Origin: Candidatus Buchananbacteria bacterium
GTDB lineage: Bacteria > Patescibacteriota > Patescibacteriia > 2-01-FULL-39-33
Direction of reading: 5' to 3'
Length of the DNA stretch: 64,000 nucleotides
Assembly: GCA_030650095.1 (NCBI GenBank)
Contig: JAUSEE010000036.1
Location: 6,490-70,489, forward strand
Part shown: positions 28,009 through 36,980 of the stretch, one piece after another
How positions within the stretch are numbered: position 1 is the stretch's first letter
Layout of the letters: each line of letters opens with the position of its first letter
Notes under the pieces: generated by a model
Databases searched by the model: none
The model's input: the letters and a program-made list of their open reading frames with translations, nothing else
Told to the model about the DNA's origin: nothing
Program-made: the position numbers and the translations under genes

Positions 28009-28890
28009 TTAATAAACCTGGAAATCGATATCAACATCGATTTCCCCCAGCCAGTTAACTGGCGCGTAGGGAATGTGCATCGGCCCATCGCCTGTGACGT
28101 CAAAGACGCTGAAGGCGAGACCGGAAGCGTAGTACTTGTCATTTGCGTCTTGCGCGATGACAGCCGATTCATCCAGCGAGCCGGAGAAATCAATCGGCAA
28201 ATAAGCCGAGAAGACGATAGACGAGTTACCGTACCAGTCATACCAGCGATAATAGTCGGCGTAATAATCGTTATCGCCGTCGATAATCGAGGCTTGGCCG
28301 AAATCGCCATACTCGCCGGGCAGGCCGTCGACAACAAACCGAAACTGCAAGTAATTAGTCAACTGAAAAACCACCTGCAAAGTCGATGACATGCCAAGTC
28401 CCACTTCTATGTAAGAGTTGGCGTAAAAGTACAGGATCCCGTCCTGACCGTAGGCGCTGACATAAACATCATACGCTCCCGGCCTAATCAGGAAACTGCC
28501 CTGGAAGACGCCGTCAACCACATCGATAACAAAATCCTGTCCTCCCATGCCGCCTCCGCCGCCTCCGCCGCCGCTGTCGCCACCTTTGTTGGTGCTATCT
28601 TCGGTGGGAATGGGAACAGGAACATTCGCCGGCCAAAACGAGAACTGCATGGTGGTGATCTGAGGTTTCAGATGATCCACTATGGAGTTCCAGTTGATTG
28701 CCGTACCGGTATCCGCCTTGTCAGCCGAAACCTGGATCAACGACTTTGTCGCATTGAGATCGCCCTGGACAGTCACCTGTCCAAAGCCGGCCGGGATACT
28801 GCTATCCGGAACTTGGTTAACTGGCGCCGTCGGGCAACCAGCCAAAGCCAAGACCGCTATCAACACCAGACATACAATCTGCTTTCTCAT
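28009..28890 (-). CDS. Lipoprotein paralog with a poly-Gly tract, GC-richer than the copy at 25960
   Basis: Shine-Dalgarno sequence aaggagaaagacgATG at 28890. MRKQIVCLVLIAVLALAGCP… lipobox. GGDSGGGGGGGGMGGQD tract. C-terminal blocks shared with 25960-26730. Confidence 0.6.
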   Translation of the reverse strand: MRKQIVCLVLIAVLALAGCPTAPVNQVPDSSIPAGFGQVTVQGDLNATKSLIQVSADKADTGTAINWNSIVDHLKPQITTMQFSFWPANVPVPIPTEDSTNKGGDSGGGGGGGGMGGQDFVIDVVDGVFQGSFLIRPGAYDVYVSAYGQDGILYFYANSYIEVGLGMSSTLQVVFQLTNYLQFRFVVDGLPGEYGDFGQASIIDGDNDYYADYYRWYDWYGNSSIVFSAYLPIDFSGSLDESAVIAQDANDKYYASGLAFSVFDVTGDGPMHIPYAPVNWLGEIDVDIDFQVY

Positions 28891-28943
28891 CGTCTTTCTC
28901 CTTGTTTCTTTGTTTTTCTTTTCTCTCTTCCGCTTCAACAACT

Positions 28944-29042
28944 AGAAAATCCATGATTTGATCATGGACATCAAACCCATCCAAGCAAACACCCCCACCG
29001 CCAAAAAAACACGATTAATCAACCATATTTTGTTTTTCATAA
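28944..29042 (-). CDS. Possible 32-aa TM peptide (MKNKIWLINRVFLAVGVFAWMGLMSMIKSWIF)
   Basis: Short hydrophobic ORF directly downstream of the lipoprotein gene. Speculative. Confidence 0.25.
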
Positions 29043-29062
29043 TCCTTTCCTTTTTTAAACTA

Positions 29063-29172
29063 GAACCAAAATACCGCCACTAAAAGACATGCACCGACAA
29101 TGGTACCAACCGCCACGATTAATGTGGCCGTCCCAATGCCGACAAAATCACATTGATCACGGTAACTCATTT
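29063..29172 (-). CDS. Possible 36-aa TM peptide (MSYRDQCDFVGIGTATLIVAVGTIVGACLLVAVFWF)
   Basis: Short hydrophobic ORF inside a small-peptide cluster. Speculative. Confidence 0.25.
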
Positions 29173-29370
29173 TTAATTCTCCTTCTTTTCCCGTTTAAAC
29201 GACAATAATAGACTGGATGCCAAAGCACCCCATAAGAAAAAACCTAAATTGTGAAAACATTGAGCAAACCCGCTCGTGCCATTGAAATCAACTCCCAAGA
29301 GTAGATCTATGGTTACAAGTGAGATTACACCCAAAACAACCAATAGCAATAAACAAACTATCTTTTTCAT
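29173..29370 (-). CDS. Small membrane protein (65 aa), paralog of 26749-26964
   Basis: Start MKKIVCLLLLVVLG at 29370. Aligns with the ORF at 26749. Confidence 0.5.
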   Translation of the reverse strand: MKKIVCLLLLVVLGVISLVTIDLLLGVDFNGTSGFAQCFHNLGFFLWGALASSLLLSFKREKKEN

Positions 29371-29444
29371 GGTTACACTCCGGTTTGTTGCTGTTTTGTT
29401 ATTCGTTAAACTACGGGCTGGAACAATTATCATCTCTCTTCTCC

Positions 29445-29579
29445 TTAAAGTTTTCCGGAAACTGCTAAAAAGACAAACATTAGAACAAGCATGATGCCAG
29501 CTAACATTAAGCCGCACCCGCACCTCTCCCTTCGTTTATCGATTTTGTCAATTTCCTCCGGTGTTAGATGTTTGACCAT
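29445..29579 (-). CDS. Possible 44-aa membrane peptide (MVKHLTPEEIDKIDKRRERCGCGLMLAGIMLVLMFVFLAVSGKL)
   Basis: Shine-Dalgarno-like aaaggaaaaaag upstream. C-terminal TM helix. Confidence 0.3.
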   Translation of the reverse strand: MVKHLTPEEIDKIDKRRERCGCGLMLAGIMLVLMFVFLAVSGKL

Positions 29580-29693
29580 CTTTTTTCCTTTTCTATTGTC
29601 AACGTTCGACTAACCTATAATAATAGCATACTTTAGCTATTTTGTCAATCTATTTACCCACTTATCAACATAATTTTACCTAAAATAAGACAA

Positions 29694-29728
29694 AAAAGAG
29701 TTGGCATTTAAGCCAACTCTTTTAACAT
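29694..29728. terminator. Bidirectional intrinsic terminator downstream of ppdK
   Basis: agagttggcatttaagccaactct flanked by A6 and T4. Confidence 0.55.
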
Positions 29729-29741
29729 ATCCAATATATAG

Positions 29742-32402
29742 CTATTTTTTCTTTCTGTCTTTAATCACCGCTTGAGCAGCTGCTAATTTAGCAATTGGCA
29801 CTCTAAATGGCGAGCAAGACACATAGTTAAAATCCTGCCTATGGCAAAATTCCACACTGCTTGGTTCGCCGCCATGTTCACCGCAAATGCCAATCTTCAA
29901 ATCGCTTCTGACGCTTCGGCCCTTTTCTACCGCAATCTTAATCAGTTCGCCCACGCCTTCCTGATCCAAAACTTCAAAAGGATCTTGTTCGTAAATGCCT
30001 TTGGCCACATACTCTTTCAAGAATTTGCCGGCATCATCACGGCTGAAACCGCAACCCATCTGGGTAAGATCGTTGGTGCCGAAAGAAAAGAATTCGGCTT
30101 CCTGCGCAATCTTGTCGGCGGTCACAGCCGCTCTGGGGACTTCAATCATGGTACCAACTTTATAATTCATCTCCAGGCCAGCGCTTTTTATAATAGCGTC
30201 GGCAACTTCAACTGTTCTTTTCTTCAAGAGAGAAAATTCTTTGCTGTTGCCCACCAGTGGAATCATTATTTCCGGAATGACCTGATTAGACCGGCCGCAG
30301 GTCGGACACTCTCTAGAAACTTCCAAAGCCGCTTCAATAATAGCTTGGACTTGCATATCATAAATTTCCGGATAAGTTATAGCCAAACGGCAACCGCGAT
30401 GGCCCAGCATGGGATTGAATTCATGCAAATCAGAAATCTTGGCTTTCAAAGTGCCGGCATCAACTTCCATTTCCCTGGCCAACTCGTAAATATCTTTTTC
30501 GGTTGTCGGCAAAAATTCGTGAAGTGGCGGATCCAGCAATCTAACAGTGACCGGATAGCCTTCCATGGCCTGGAACAAACCGATGAAATCCTGCTTTTGA
30601 TAAGGCAATAATTTAGCCAAGGCTTTCTTTCGTCCTTCTTCATCAGCTGCTAAAATCATTTCTCTCACCGCTTTAATCCTATCGCCTTCAAAAAACATGT
30701 GTTCGGTTCGGCATAAGCCGATGCCTTCCGCGCCGAATTTTCTGGCGACTTTGGCATCATGAGGAGTATCGGCATTGGTTCTGATTTTTAACCGCCTAAC
30801 TTCATCCGACCAAGCCATGATAATTCCAAAATCACCGCTTAACTCCGGATCCTGAGTATTTAATTTTCCTAAATAAACCTGGCCGTCACCGCCATCTAAA
30901 GTTATAAAATCACCTTCTTTAACCACTACGCCAGTGGCTTTGATTATAAAATTCCTGGCCTTTTCATCAATTTGTATATCGGCGCAACCGGCCACGCAAC
31001 AAGTGCCCATGCCTCTGGCGACAACAGCAGCGTGTGAAGTCATACCGCCTCTGGCGGTTAAGATGCCTTTGGCGCTGTGCATGCCGTCGATATCTTCGGG
31101 AGAAGTTTCAATTCTAACCAAAACAACATCCAAGCCCTGCCCCGCTTTCTCATATGCTTCGGCCGCAGTAAAGACGACTTGTCCGACAGCCGCTCCCGGT
31201 GAAGCCGGCAAACCGCTGGCAATTGGCTCGGCGGCGGCTTTGGCTAAAGGATCAAGTTGCTTGTGCAGCAGTTGATCCAATTGTTCCGGCTGAACTTTCA
31301 TCAAAGCTTCTTCTTTGCTTAAAACTCCTTCGCTGACAAGTTCTACCGCAATCCTCACAGCCGCGGCAGCGGTTCTTTTGCCGTTTCTGGCTTGCAAGAT
31401 GAAAAGCTTGCCTTCTTGAATGGTAAATTCCATATCCTGCATATCGCGGTAATGCTTTTCCACTTGATCGCAAGTGGCAACCAGCTCGTCATAAATAGCC
31501 TTGTTCTGATCTTCTAAAGCCGAAACTGGCTTGGGCGTTCTAATGCCGGCGACCACGTCTTCGCCCTGGGCATTCATTAAATATTCGCCGTAGAATTTAT
31601 TTTCACCGGTGCTGGGGTTTCTGGTAAAGCAAACACCGGTGCCGGAGTTCTCGCTTAAGTTGCCGAAAACCATAGCTTGGATATTAACCGCTGTGCCGAT
31701 TAATCCTCTGATGTTGTTTATTTCTCGATATCTGATAGCCCGATAATTATTCCAAGAATTAAAAACAGCATCAATGGATAATTGCAATTGCTCCCTGGGG
31801 TCCTGCGGAAAATCACGGCCTTTTAATTCAACTATTTTAGCTCGGTATCTTTTAACTATTTCTTCCAAGTGGCCGGCGGTCAAATCGGTATCATATTCGG
31901 CGCCCACCGTATCTTTGACATTTTCTAAAATCTCTTCAAATTCGCTGCTATCCACTTCCATCACCACATCGCCGAACATCTGGATAAATCGTCTGTAAGA
32001 ATCCCAGGCAAATCTGGGATTGTTTGATTTCTGAGCCAAACCTTCCACTGATTGATCATTAAGCCCTAAGTTTAAAATAGTATCCATCATGCCGGGCATG
32101 GAAGCGGCTGCTCCCGATCTGACAGAAACTAAAAGTGGGTCATTGGCATCGCCTAATTTCTTACCCATTTTATTTTCCAGTTCCTGCAATTTTTGGCTGA
32201 TCTGATCCCTTACCTCCTGTGGATAATTCTTGTTATTTTTGTGATAAGTATCACAAACCTCCGTGGTAACAGTAAACCCCGGCGGAACTTTGATGCCCAA
32301 ACCGCTCATTTCGGCCAAGTTGGCGCCCTTGCCTCCTAAGATTTCTTTTAAATCCCTGTTTCCTTCTTCAAAGGAATAAACATACTTTTTCGCATCTGGC
32401 AT
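29742..32402 (-). CDS. ppdK: Pyruvate phosphate dikinase
   Basis: 886 aa. N-terminus MPDAKKYVYSFEEGNRDLKEILGGKGANLAEM…, a central phospho-His domain (GGMTSHAAVVARGMG) and a C-terminal PEP-utilising TIM barrel. Confidence 0.9.
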   Translation of the reverse strand: MPDAKKYVYSFEEGNRDLKEILGGKGANLAEMSGLGIKVPPGFTVTTEVCDTYHKNNKNYPQEVRDQISQKLQELENKMGKKLGDANDPLLVSVRSGAAASMPGMMDTILNLGLNDQSVEGLAQKSNNPRFAWDSYRRFIQMFGDVVMEVDSSEFEEILENVKDTVGAEYDTDLTAGHLEEIVKRYRAKIVELKGRDFPQDPREQLQLSIDAVFNSWNNYRAIRYREINNIRGLIGTAVNIQAMVFGNLSENSGTGVCFTRNPSTGENKFYGEYLMNAQGEDVVAGIRTPKPVSALEDQNKAIYDELVATCDQVEKHYRDMQDMEFTIQEGKLFILQARNGKRTAAAAVRIAVELVSEGVLSKEEALMKVQPEQLDQLLHKQLDPLAKAAAEPIASGLPASPGAAVGQVVFTAAEAYEKAGQGLDVVLVRIETSPEDIDGMHSAKGILTARGGMTSHAAVVARGMGTCCVAGCADIQIDEKARNFIIKATGVVVKEGDFITLDGGDGQVYLGKLNTQDPELSGDFGIIMAWSDEVRRLKIRTNADTPHDAKVARKFGAEGIGLCRTEHMFFEGDRIKAVREMILAADEEGRKKALAKLLPYQKQDFIGLFQAMEGYPVTVRLLDPPLHEFLPTTEKDIYELAREMEVDAGTLKAKISDLHEFNPMLGHRGCRLAITYPEIYDMQVQAIIEAALEVSRECPTCGRSNQVIPEIMIPLVGNSKEFSLLKKRTVEVADAIIKSAGLEMNYKVGTMIEVPRAAVTADKIAQEAEFFSFGTNDLTQMGCGFSRDDAGKFLKEYVAKGIYEQDPFEVLDQEGVGELIKIAVEKGRSVRSDLKIGICGEHGGEPSSVEFCHRQDFNYVSCSPFRVPIAKLAAAQAVIKDRKKK

Positions 32403-32508
32403 AGTTTATGTTGATTATTTATTTTATTTTAATAAATTTAATAGTTTTAAAAAGGGAGGGTTGATTCTCCCGAAATCAAATCAAACAACAAATATTAAAA
32501 TGTAATTT

Positions 32509-33024
32509 TTATTGGTCATATCGGCCGTCGTCAGCGATCATAATCGCTTCCTCAGAAAGCAAGTTGACGAATATCAGCAAGTCCAACTCATCCGAAACAG
32601 ACAACCGCTTTGACAAGTATTCGATTACTTCCCGATATTCAAAACGCGATATGGGATTTTCCGCCGTATCGAGTTCTTCTTCCGCCGCATCAAAATCAAT
32701 CCGCGCCTTGAAGCAAATAATGCAGCTTCTAGAAACGCCGACCGGCTCAACCCCCAATATACTTATATACCTGCTCCAAAATTCATTCGGGCTATAAAGC
32801 AAATGGATAGTCAGATACCTAGGACTGGAATTAATTGCTGAAAGATCAAATGGAAAACAATGATAATTCCGATTCGTGCACATGAGTCCATGCCTCGACT
32901 TCTTCAATTTTATCCACGACGCCTTTATCAGTTTCATGAACCTGCTCCTTTTCTTTTCTTCTTTATTGTTTGTTTTGATTGTAATGTGCAATAAAAAAAG
33001 ACAGGCCAAACCTTGGTCTATCAC
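32509..33024 (-). CDS. Hypothetical protein (171 aa or less, start uncertain)
   Basis: Intact ORF between ppdK and the PfkB kinase. No recognised motif. Confidence 0.35.
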   Translation of the reverse strand: MIDQGLACLFLLHITIKTNNKEEKKRSRFMKLIKASWIKLKKSRHGLMCTNRNYHCFPFDLSAINSSPRYLTIHLLYSPNEFWSRYISILGVEPVGVSRSCIICFKARIDFDAAEEELDTAENPISRFEYREVIEYLSKRLSVSDELDLLIFVNLLSEEAIMIADDGRYDQ

Positions 33025-33050
33025 CTTCCCAATTGAAGCGGCTCCTGTTA

Positions 33051-34043
33051 TCAGCCAATTTGCCTTTTGGAAAGCAAACCGTTTTGAGCTCCAATTTTTC
33101 CGACCACCGAAGCGGAATTATTTACCCCCCACTTCAAGGCTGTCTTAATATTATTACCATAAATCAAAGCGGCTGTAAAGGCTGAAGAAAAAGCATCGCC
33201 CACGCCCACCGTGTCTGCGCTTTTAACCTTTAAAGCCTTCATAAAATAATACTTTTTGCCGTCATAAGCATAAGCGCCAACCGAGCCATCGGTAATCACG
33301 ATTATTTCCGGTCCCAGGCTGTGGATATATTTCATTAGTCCTCTGATGTCTTTTAATTTTTTGAATTCCCAAGCCTCATCTTTGTTTAAAAACAGAACTT
33401 TCACTTTAGGCAGATACTTTTGCATTCGAACTATCCTCTTGAGTTGGGCGCTACCTGGGTTCCAAGCCACTTTGGCCTTGGTTGTTAAAACCGCTTCAAT
33501 AATCCCCTCCCAGCCTATCTTGGGCAGAGAGGAAACATAAAACCAATCGCTTTTTATTTTAGATAAGGATAAATCTTTGGCCGACAAGGTGTCGCTGGCT
33601 CCGCGGTAAGCAAAAACTATATGTTCATTTTCCACCCCTCTGACTGTTAAAATCATGGAGAAGGCGGTGGCATTATGCTTGTCCGATTTTATTAAGCCGG
33701 TATCAACGCCTTGGCGCTTTAAATTATCAATTACTCTTTTGCCCTCCTCATCCAAACCGACTTTGGATATTACAGCCGTCTTCAAGCCCAAGTGGGCAAA
33801 GGCCACAGCAGTGTTGGCTGATCCCCCGCCATAAGTCCGATAGACTTTGTCGGCTATTATTTTGGAACCGTATTCAAAAGCCAAGAGTTTTTGTTTGGTT
33901 AGATTGCTGGTGGAAATAAGTTCTCCTTCCCTGGAATAAAACATAAAATCAGTGGTAGCGCCACCAACGGAGATCACGTCGAATTTTTTGTTTTTGGTTA
34001 TTATCATGCTTAAATTATAGCAAATAAATATTATATTTGACAA
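33051..34043 (-). CDS. PfkB-family carbohydrate/nucleoside kinase (ribokinase-like)
   Basis: …FDVISVGGATTDF… N-terminal GG motif and C-terminal DTVGVGDAFSSAF (the DTxGAGD anion-hole motif). Confidence 0.75.
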   Translation of the reverse strand: MSNIIFICYNLSMIITKNKKFDVISVGGATTDFMFYSREGELISTSNLTKQKLLAFEYGSKIIADKVYRTYGGGSANTAVAFAHLGLKTAVISKVGLDEEGKRVIDNLKRQGVDTGLIKSDKHNATAFSMILTVRGVENEHIVFAYRGASDTLSAKDLSLSKIKSDWFYVSSLPKIGWEGIIEAVLTTKAKVAWNPGSAQLKRIVRMQKYLPKVKVLFLNKDEAWEFKKLKDIRGLMKYIHSLGPEIIVITDGSVGAYAYDGKKYYFMKALKVKSADTVGVGDAFSSAFTAALIYGNNIKTALKWGVNNSASVVGKIGAQNGLLSKRQIG

Positions 34044-34097
34044 TTGACTTTTAAAAACTGTAAGATTGATAACAGCACTTTAAAAGGAGACCAAACC

Positions 34098-34772
34098 ATG
34101 AGATTTCTAACTCTTATTTTTGGCACCGTCGGTTCTGGTAAGACCGCTGAACTGCTCAAGATTATAAGTAAAATCCAAGAACACAACAGCCGCTCTCATG
34201 CCAATGGTAAATTAAAATTTAAAGTCTTCAAGCCGGAAATGGAAACCAGAAGCGAATCAGAGATAATTGCTTCCAGAAACGGCCAAACTTTCAAAGAGGC
34301 CACTCCTGTCAAAACCGTAAGGGATTTATCCCGGCAGTTAGTTGAAAATCCGGATATTGTTATTATAGATGAATGCCAATTTTTTGAAACCGGCCCAGGC
34401 AACAGCCCTCGCGCTTTTACTGCTTTGGTAAGTGAATTACTGGTGACTGACAAAAAAGTTATTATATGCGGTTTGATTCAAAATTGCTATGGTGGAAAAT
34501 TTGAGATCTTAAGCTCTCTCTGCCCTTTGGCCGATGAGATTATCAACCCCCACACTACCTGCGCTTGCGGACAAGTTGCTTCCCGCAGCCAAAGATTGCA
34601 AATCGGCTACCCCACGCCCTTGTCTGATCCGATCTTTGTGGTTGATAATTCAGCCAACCATGATTTGGGTTACAGTTATGAGCCCAGATGCAATGATTGT
34701 TTTGAATTGCCAGAACAAGCCCATCCTAATTTACTACTCTTTAGAAAAGCCATTGGCCAAATTAAGGAGTGA
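34098..34772 (+). CDS. tdk: Thymidine kinase
   Basis: Shine-Dalgarno sequence aaaggagaccaaaccATG. P-loop LIFGTVGSGKTAELL. C-terminal zinc ribbon CACG…CNDC. The supplied ORF begins at the earlier Met at 34044. Confidence 0.85.
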   Translation: MRFLTLIFGTVGSGKTAELLKIISKIQEHNSRSHANGKLKFKVFKPEMETRSESEIIASRNGQTFKEATPVKTVRDLSRQLVENPDIVIIDECQFFETGPGNSPRAFTALVSELLVTDKKVIICGLIQNCYGGKFEILSSLCPLADEIINPHTTCACGQVASRSQRLQIGYPTPLSDPIFVVDNSANHDLGYSYEPRCNDCFELPEQAHPNLLLFRKAIGQIKE

Positions 34773-34781
34773 GCACAAAAA

Positions 34782-34815
34782 CAAAACCGCCTACCATAAT
34801 AGGCGGTTATTTTAT
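34782..34815 (+). terminator. Intrinsic terminator after tdk (aaccgcctaccataataggcggtt plus T-run)
   Basis: 9-bp stem followed by attttatttc. Confidence 0.6.
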
Positions 34816-34831
34816 TTCACTGTCTTCATTT

Positions 34832-34900
34832 GTCATTGCGAACGAAGTGAAGCAATCTCATGTTTATATCAACTGGGATTGCTTCGTACCTCGCAATGAC
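34832..34900. repeat. Palindromic repeat element (GTCATTGCGAAcgaagtgaagcaatc … gattgcttcgtacCTCGCAATGAC)
   Basis: Near-perfect 69-bp inverted repeat. Same family as 49693 and 51553. The flanking modules (tttatttcac / aatgacataaaagacaatgg) are also shared with the copy at 55874. Confidence 0.65.
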
Positions 34901-34923
34901 ATAAAAGACAATGGTGTAGTAGT

Positions 34924-36129
34924 TTATTTCATATTTAAAGCTCCGGGGCGCAAAACAGTTATCCGGCCTGATACCACTTTAATCAAAGCTGATAGCTGGC
35001 TTACTACTTTCCCCTGGTCAATATAAAAATCAACATTATTGCTAAAATATCTTTTGGCTTGCTTGATGGTTAGGGCTGGCTCCTGGCCTTCAGGATTAGC
35101 GCTGGGCGCTACCAAGGGACCGGTTTTTTTAAGCAGCGCCATAAGCCAACTATTATTGGGCCATCTGAAAGCCAGCGAATCGGTGCCCCGATGAAGATAG
35201 GATAATTTTTTGTCGCAATTTAAAATAATGCTCACCGGCCCCGGCCAGTATTTTTTTATGATTTTTTCGGTCGGCTGATCGATTTTTACGCCGAATTTTT
35301 TTAAGTCAGCCAAAGAACTGATTAAAATTATAAAAGGCTTATCCGGATTTCTCTTTCTAATCTTATAAATCCTTCCTACCGCCTTTTTATCCCAAGCTCG
35401 CCCGACTAAGCCGTAAATGGTATCGGTGGGAATAATGCCAACACCGCCTTTTTTTAGAATATCAATTCTTTGAGCCAAATATTTTTTAGCCAAGGCTTCC
35501 AAACTTATAGCTTGGTTAATCTTAAAATTTCCAACTCTGGTTCTTTTTAAACTGGACATATAAGCACCCGTTGATAAGCTTGTACCTATATCCCTAGCCA
35601 ATGATCTGATGTAAACTCCCGGGCCGGTAACAACTTTTATTTTAAGATCGGGCCATTTGTATTTTAAAATTTTAAGGCTCTTAATTTCCACCGGCCGAGA
35701 TTTTAATTCCACCGGCCGGCCGGACCGGGCTAATTTGTAAGCCCGCTCCCCGCCAAGCCTAATGGCGCTGTAAGCCGGCGGAACCTGGCTAATTGTACCG
35801 ATAAAATTTTTAACAACACTATTAATCTCCTTAAGAGTTATAGGCCGTACATTAGGCGTTTTATTCTTTCGGCCTTCGCTGTCATCAGTGCTGCTGGATA
35901 AGCCCAGTTTGATGCCCGCAATATATTCTTTTTCTTTTTCAACTATTTGGCTTAATTTTTTAGTGGCTTCCCGGCCCAAACCGACCACTAAAACGCCCTC
36001 GGCCAAAGGATCCAAAGTGCCGGCATGGCCCACACTCGGCTCGCCGGTGGATTTTTTTATTTTATTTATAATACCAAAAGAACTTATTCTTTTAGGCTTA
36101 CTGATGGTAAAAATATTGACTGCTTTCAT
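34924..36129 (-). CDS. Fusion protein: TruB-like tRNA pseudouridine(55) synthase catalytic domain (N-terminal) joined to a TsaC/YrdC/Sua5-like L-threonylcarbamoyladenylate synthase domain (C-terminal)
   Basis: N-terminal half: GHAGTLDPLAEGVLVVGLG, YIAGIKLGLSSSTDDSEG and ISQVPPAYSAIRLGGERAY, which are TruB motifs. C-terminal half: KKGGVGIIPTDTIYGLVGRAWDKKAVGRIYKIRKRNPDKPFIILISS, the YrdC signature. No PUA domain. Confidence 0.7.
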   Translation of the reverse strand: MKAVNIFTISKPKRISSFGIINKIKKSTGEPSVGHAGTLDPLAEGVLVVGLGREATKKLSQIVEKEKEYIAGIKLGLSSSTDDSEGRKNKTPNVRPITLKEINSVVKNFIGTISQVPPAYSAIRLGGERAYKLARSGRPVELKSRPVEIKSLKILKYKWPDLKIKVVTGPGVYIRSLARDIGTSLSTGAYMSSLKRTRVGNFKINQAISLEALAKKYLAQRIDILKKGGVGIIPTDTIYGLVGRAWDKKAVGRIYKIRKRNPDKPFIILISSLADLKKFGVKIDQPTEKIIKKYWPGPVSIILNCDKKLSYLHRGTDSLAFRWPNNSWLMALLKKTGPLVAPSANPEGQEPALTIKQAKRYFSNNVDFYIDQGKVVSQLSALIKVVSGRITVLRPGALNMK

Positions 36130-36178
36130 AGGCTAATTATTATTATGTCTGCTAATTGTGTCCTAATCTAATATAATC

Positions 36179-36207
36179 TTGACTTTAGTGTTTAATTGTG
36201 GTATTCT
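36179..36207 (+). promoter_or_regulatory. Sigma70-like promoter TTGACT-N17-TATTCT upstream of the Cys-rich small-protein pair
   Basis: ttgactttagtgtttaattgtggtattct, about 65 nt upstream of the GTG at 36275. Confidence 0.35.
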
Positions 36208-36274
36208 ACTGTCAGTATTTATTTAAAATAAATTAAATTCATCCGACGACATTACTAGGGAGGAGGAACTACAG

Positions 36275-36453
36275 TGGCAGAGCCAAACAACATCATTAGA
36301 ATTGATATTTGCCCCTGCCAATACAAGCCTTCTCGCCAAGAGGAAAAGAAAGAACCTTGTTGCGGCACATGTCCATTTTGCAATGAACATATCAGGTTAA
36401 GATTTTTTGTCCGCCATGTTAAAATATGCCACGATAAAAAATCCCAGAAATGA
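36275..36453 (+). CDS. Cys-rich small protein (59 aa, GTG start) with one copy of a CxC…PCCxxCPxC…H…C module
   Basis: Strong Shine-Dalgarno sequence gggaggagg 7 nt before the GTG. Product VAEPNNIIRIDICPCQYKPSRQEEKKEPCCGTCPFCNEHIRLRFFVRHVKICHDKKSQK. Not in the supplied ORF track because of the non-ATG start. Confidence 0.5.
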
Positions 36454-36518
36454 TTTAAATTATTTTATAAAATCATAGTAGCACATTGGTTTAATTTAAA
36501 ACAGAAAAGAGGTCTAAG

Positions 36519-36953
36519 ATGAGAGACGACTGCTGTCCCGATTTGGATGTTTGCGATTGCGATTGCCATAGATTTCCAGGTATGATGCATTGCATGCCTT
36601 GTTGCAATACTTGCCCCAAGTGCGGCAAGAATATCAGGGTTTTCTCCTATGATGAGCATGTTAAAAAATGCGAAGCCGTAGCCAATGATTTTAGTCTAGA
36701 ATTATTTAAGAAGTTTGAAAAGGAGTTGGAAATTTGCCATTGCCCTTGCCACTCCGGGCCAAGTGTTAAGCACATTATGCCTTGTTGCCTTAAATGCCCC
36801 CATTGCGGTAAAAATATCAAGACTTTGTATTACAGCGAACACATTGAACAATGCCGGCCGGATGATTGTTTGACTGGACTAAAAGAAGAAGAACTGGAAG
36901 CCAGAGAAAAACAATTAGAAGCCTGGGGAAAAATTATATCAGACGAAAAATAA
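36519..36953 (+). CDS. Cys-rich protein (144 aa) with two copies of the same module (MPCCNTCPKCGKNIRVFSYDEHVKKC and MPCCLKCPHCGKNIKTLYYSEHIEQC)
   Basis: Shine-Dalgarno sequence aaaagagg. 22 Cys/His residues in the N-terminal 100 aa. Acidic coiled C-terminal tail. Terminator hairpin at 36955-36990. Confidence 0.6.
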   Translation: MRDDCCPDLDVCDCDCHRFPGMMHCMPCCNTCPKCGKNIRVFSYDEHVKKCEAVANDFSLELFKKFEKELEICHCPCHSGPSVKHIMPCCLKCPHCGKNIKTLYYSEHIEQCRPDDCLTGLKEEELEAREKQLEAWGKIISDEK

Positions 36954-36980
36954 AAAGCTTTGAATAATTCAGAGCTTTTT

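Noticed and set aside
27753-28337. Minus-strand ORFs of 73 aa and 114 aa
   Set aside because: The first lies in the GC-rich non-coding hairpin region with no Shine-Dalgarno sequence. The second is an alternative frame inside the lipoprotein paralog gene.
29841-30611. 256-aa plus-strand ORF
   Set aside because: It is antisense within ppdK, which is unambiguous.
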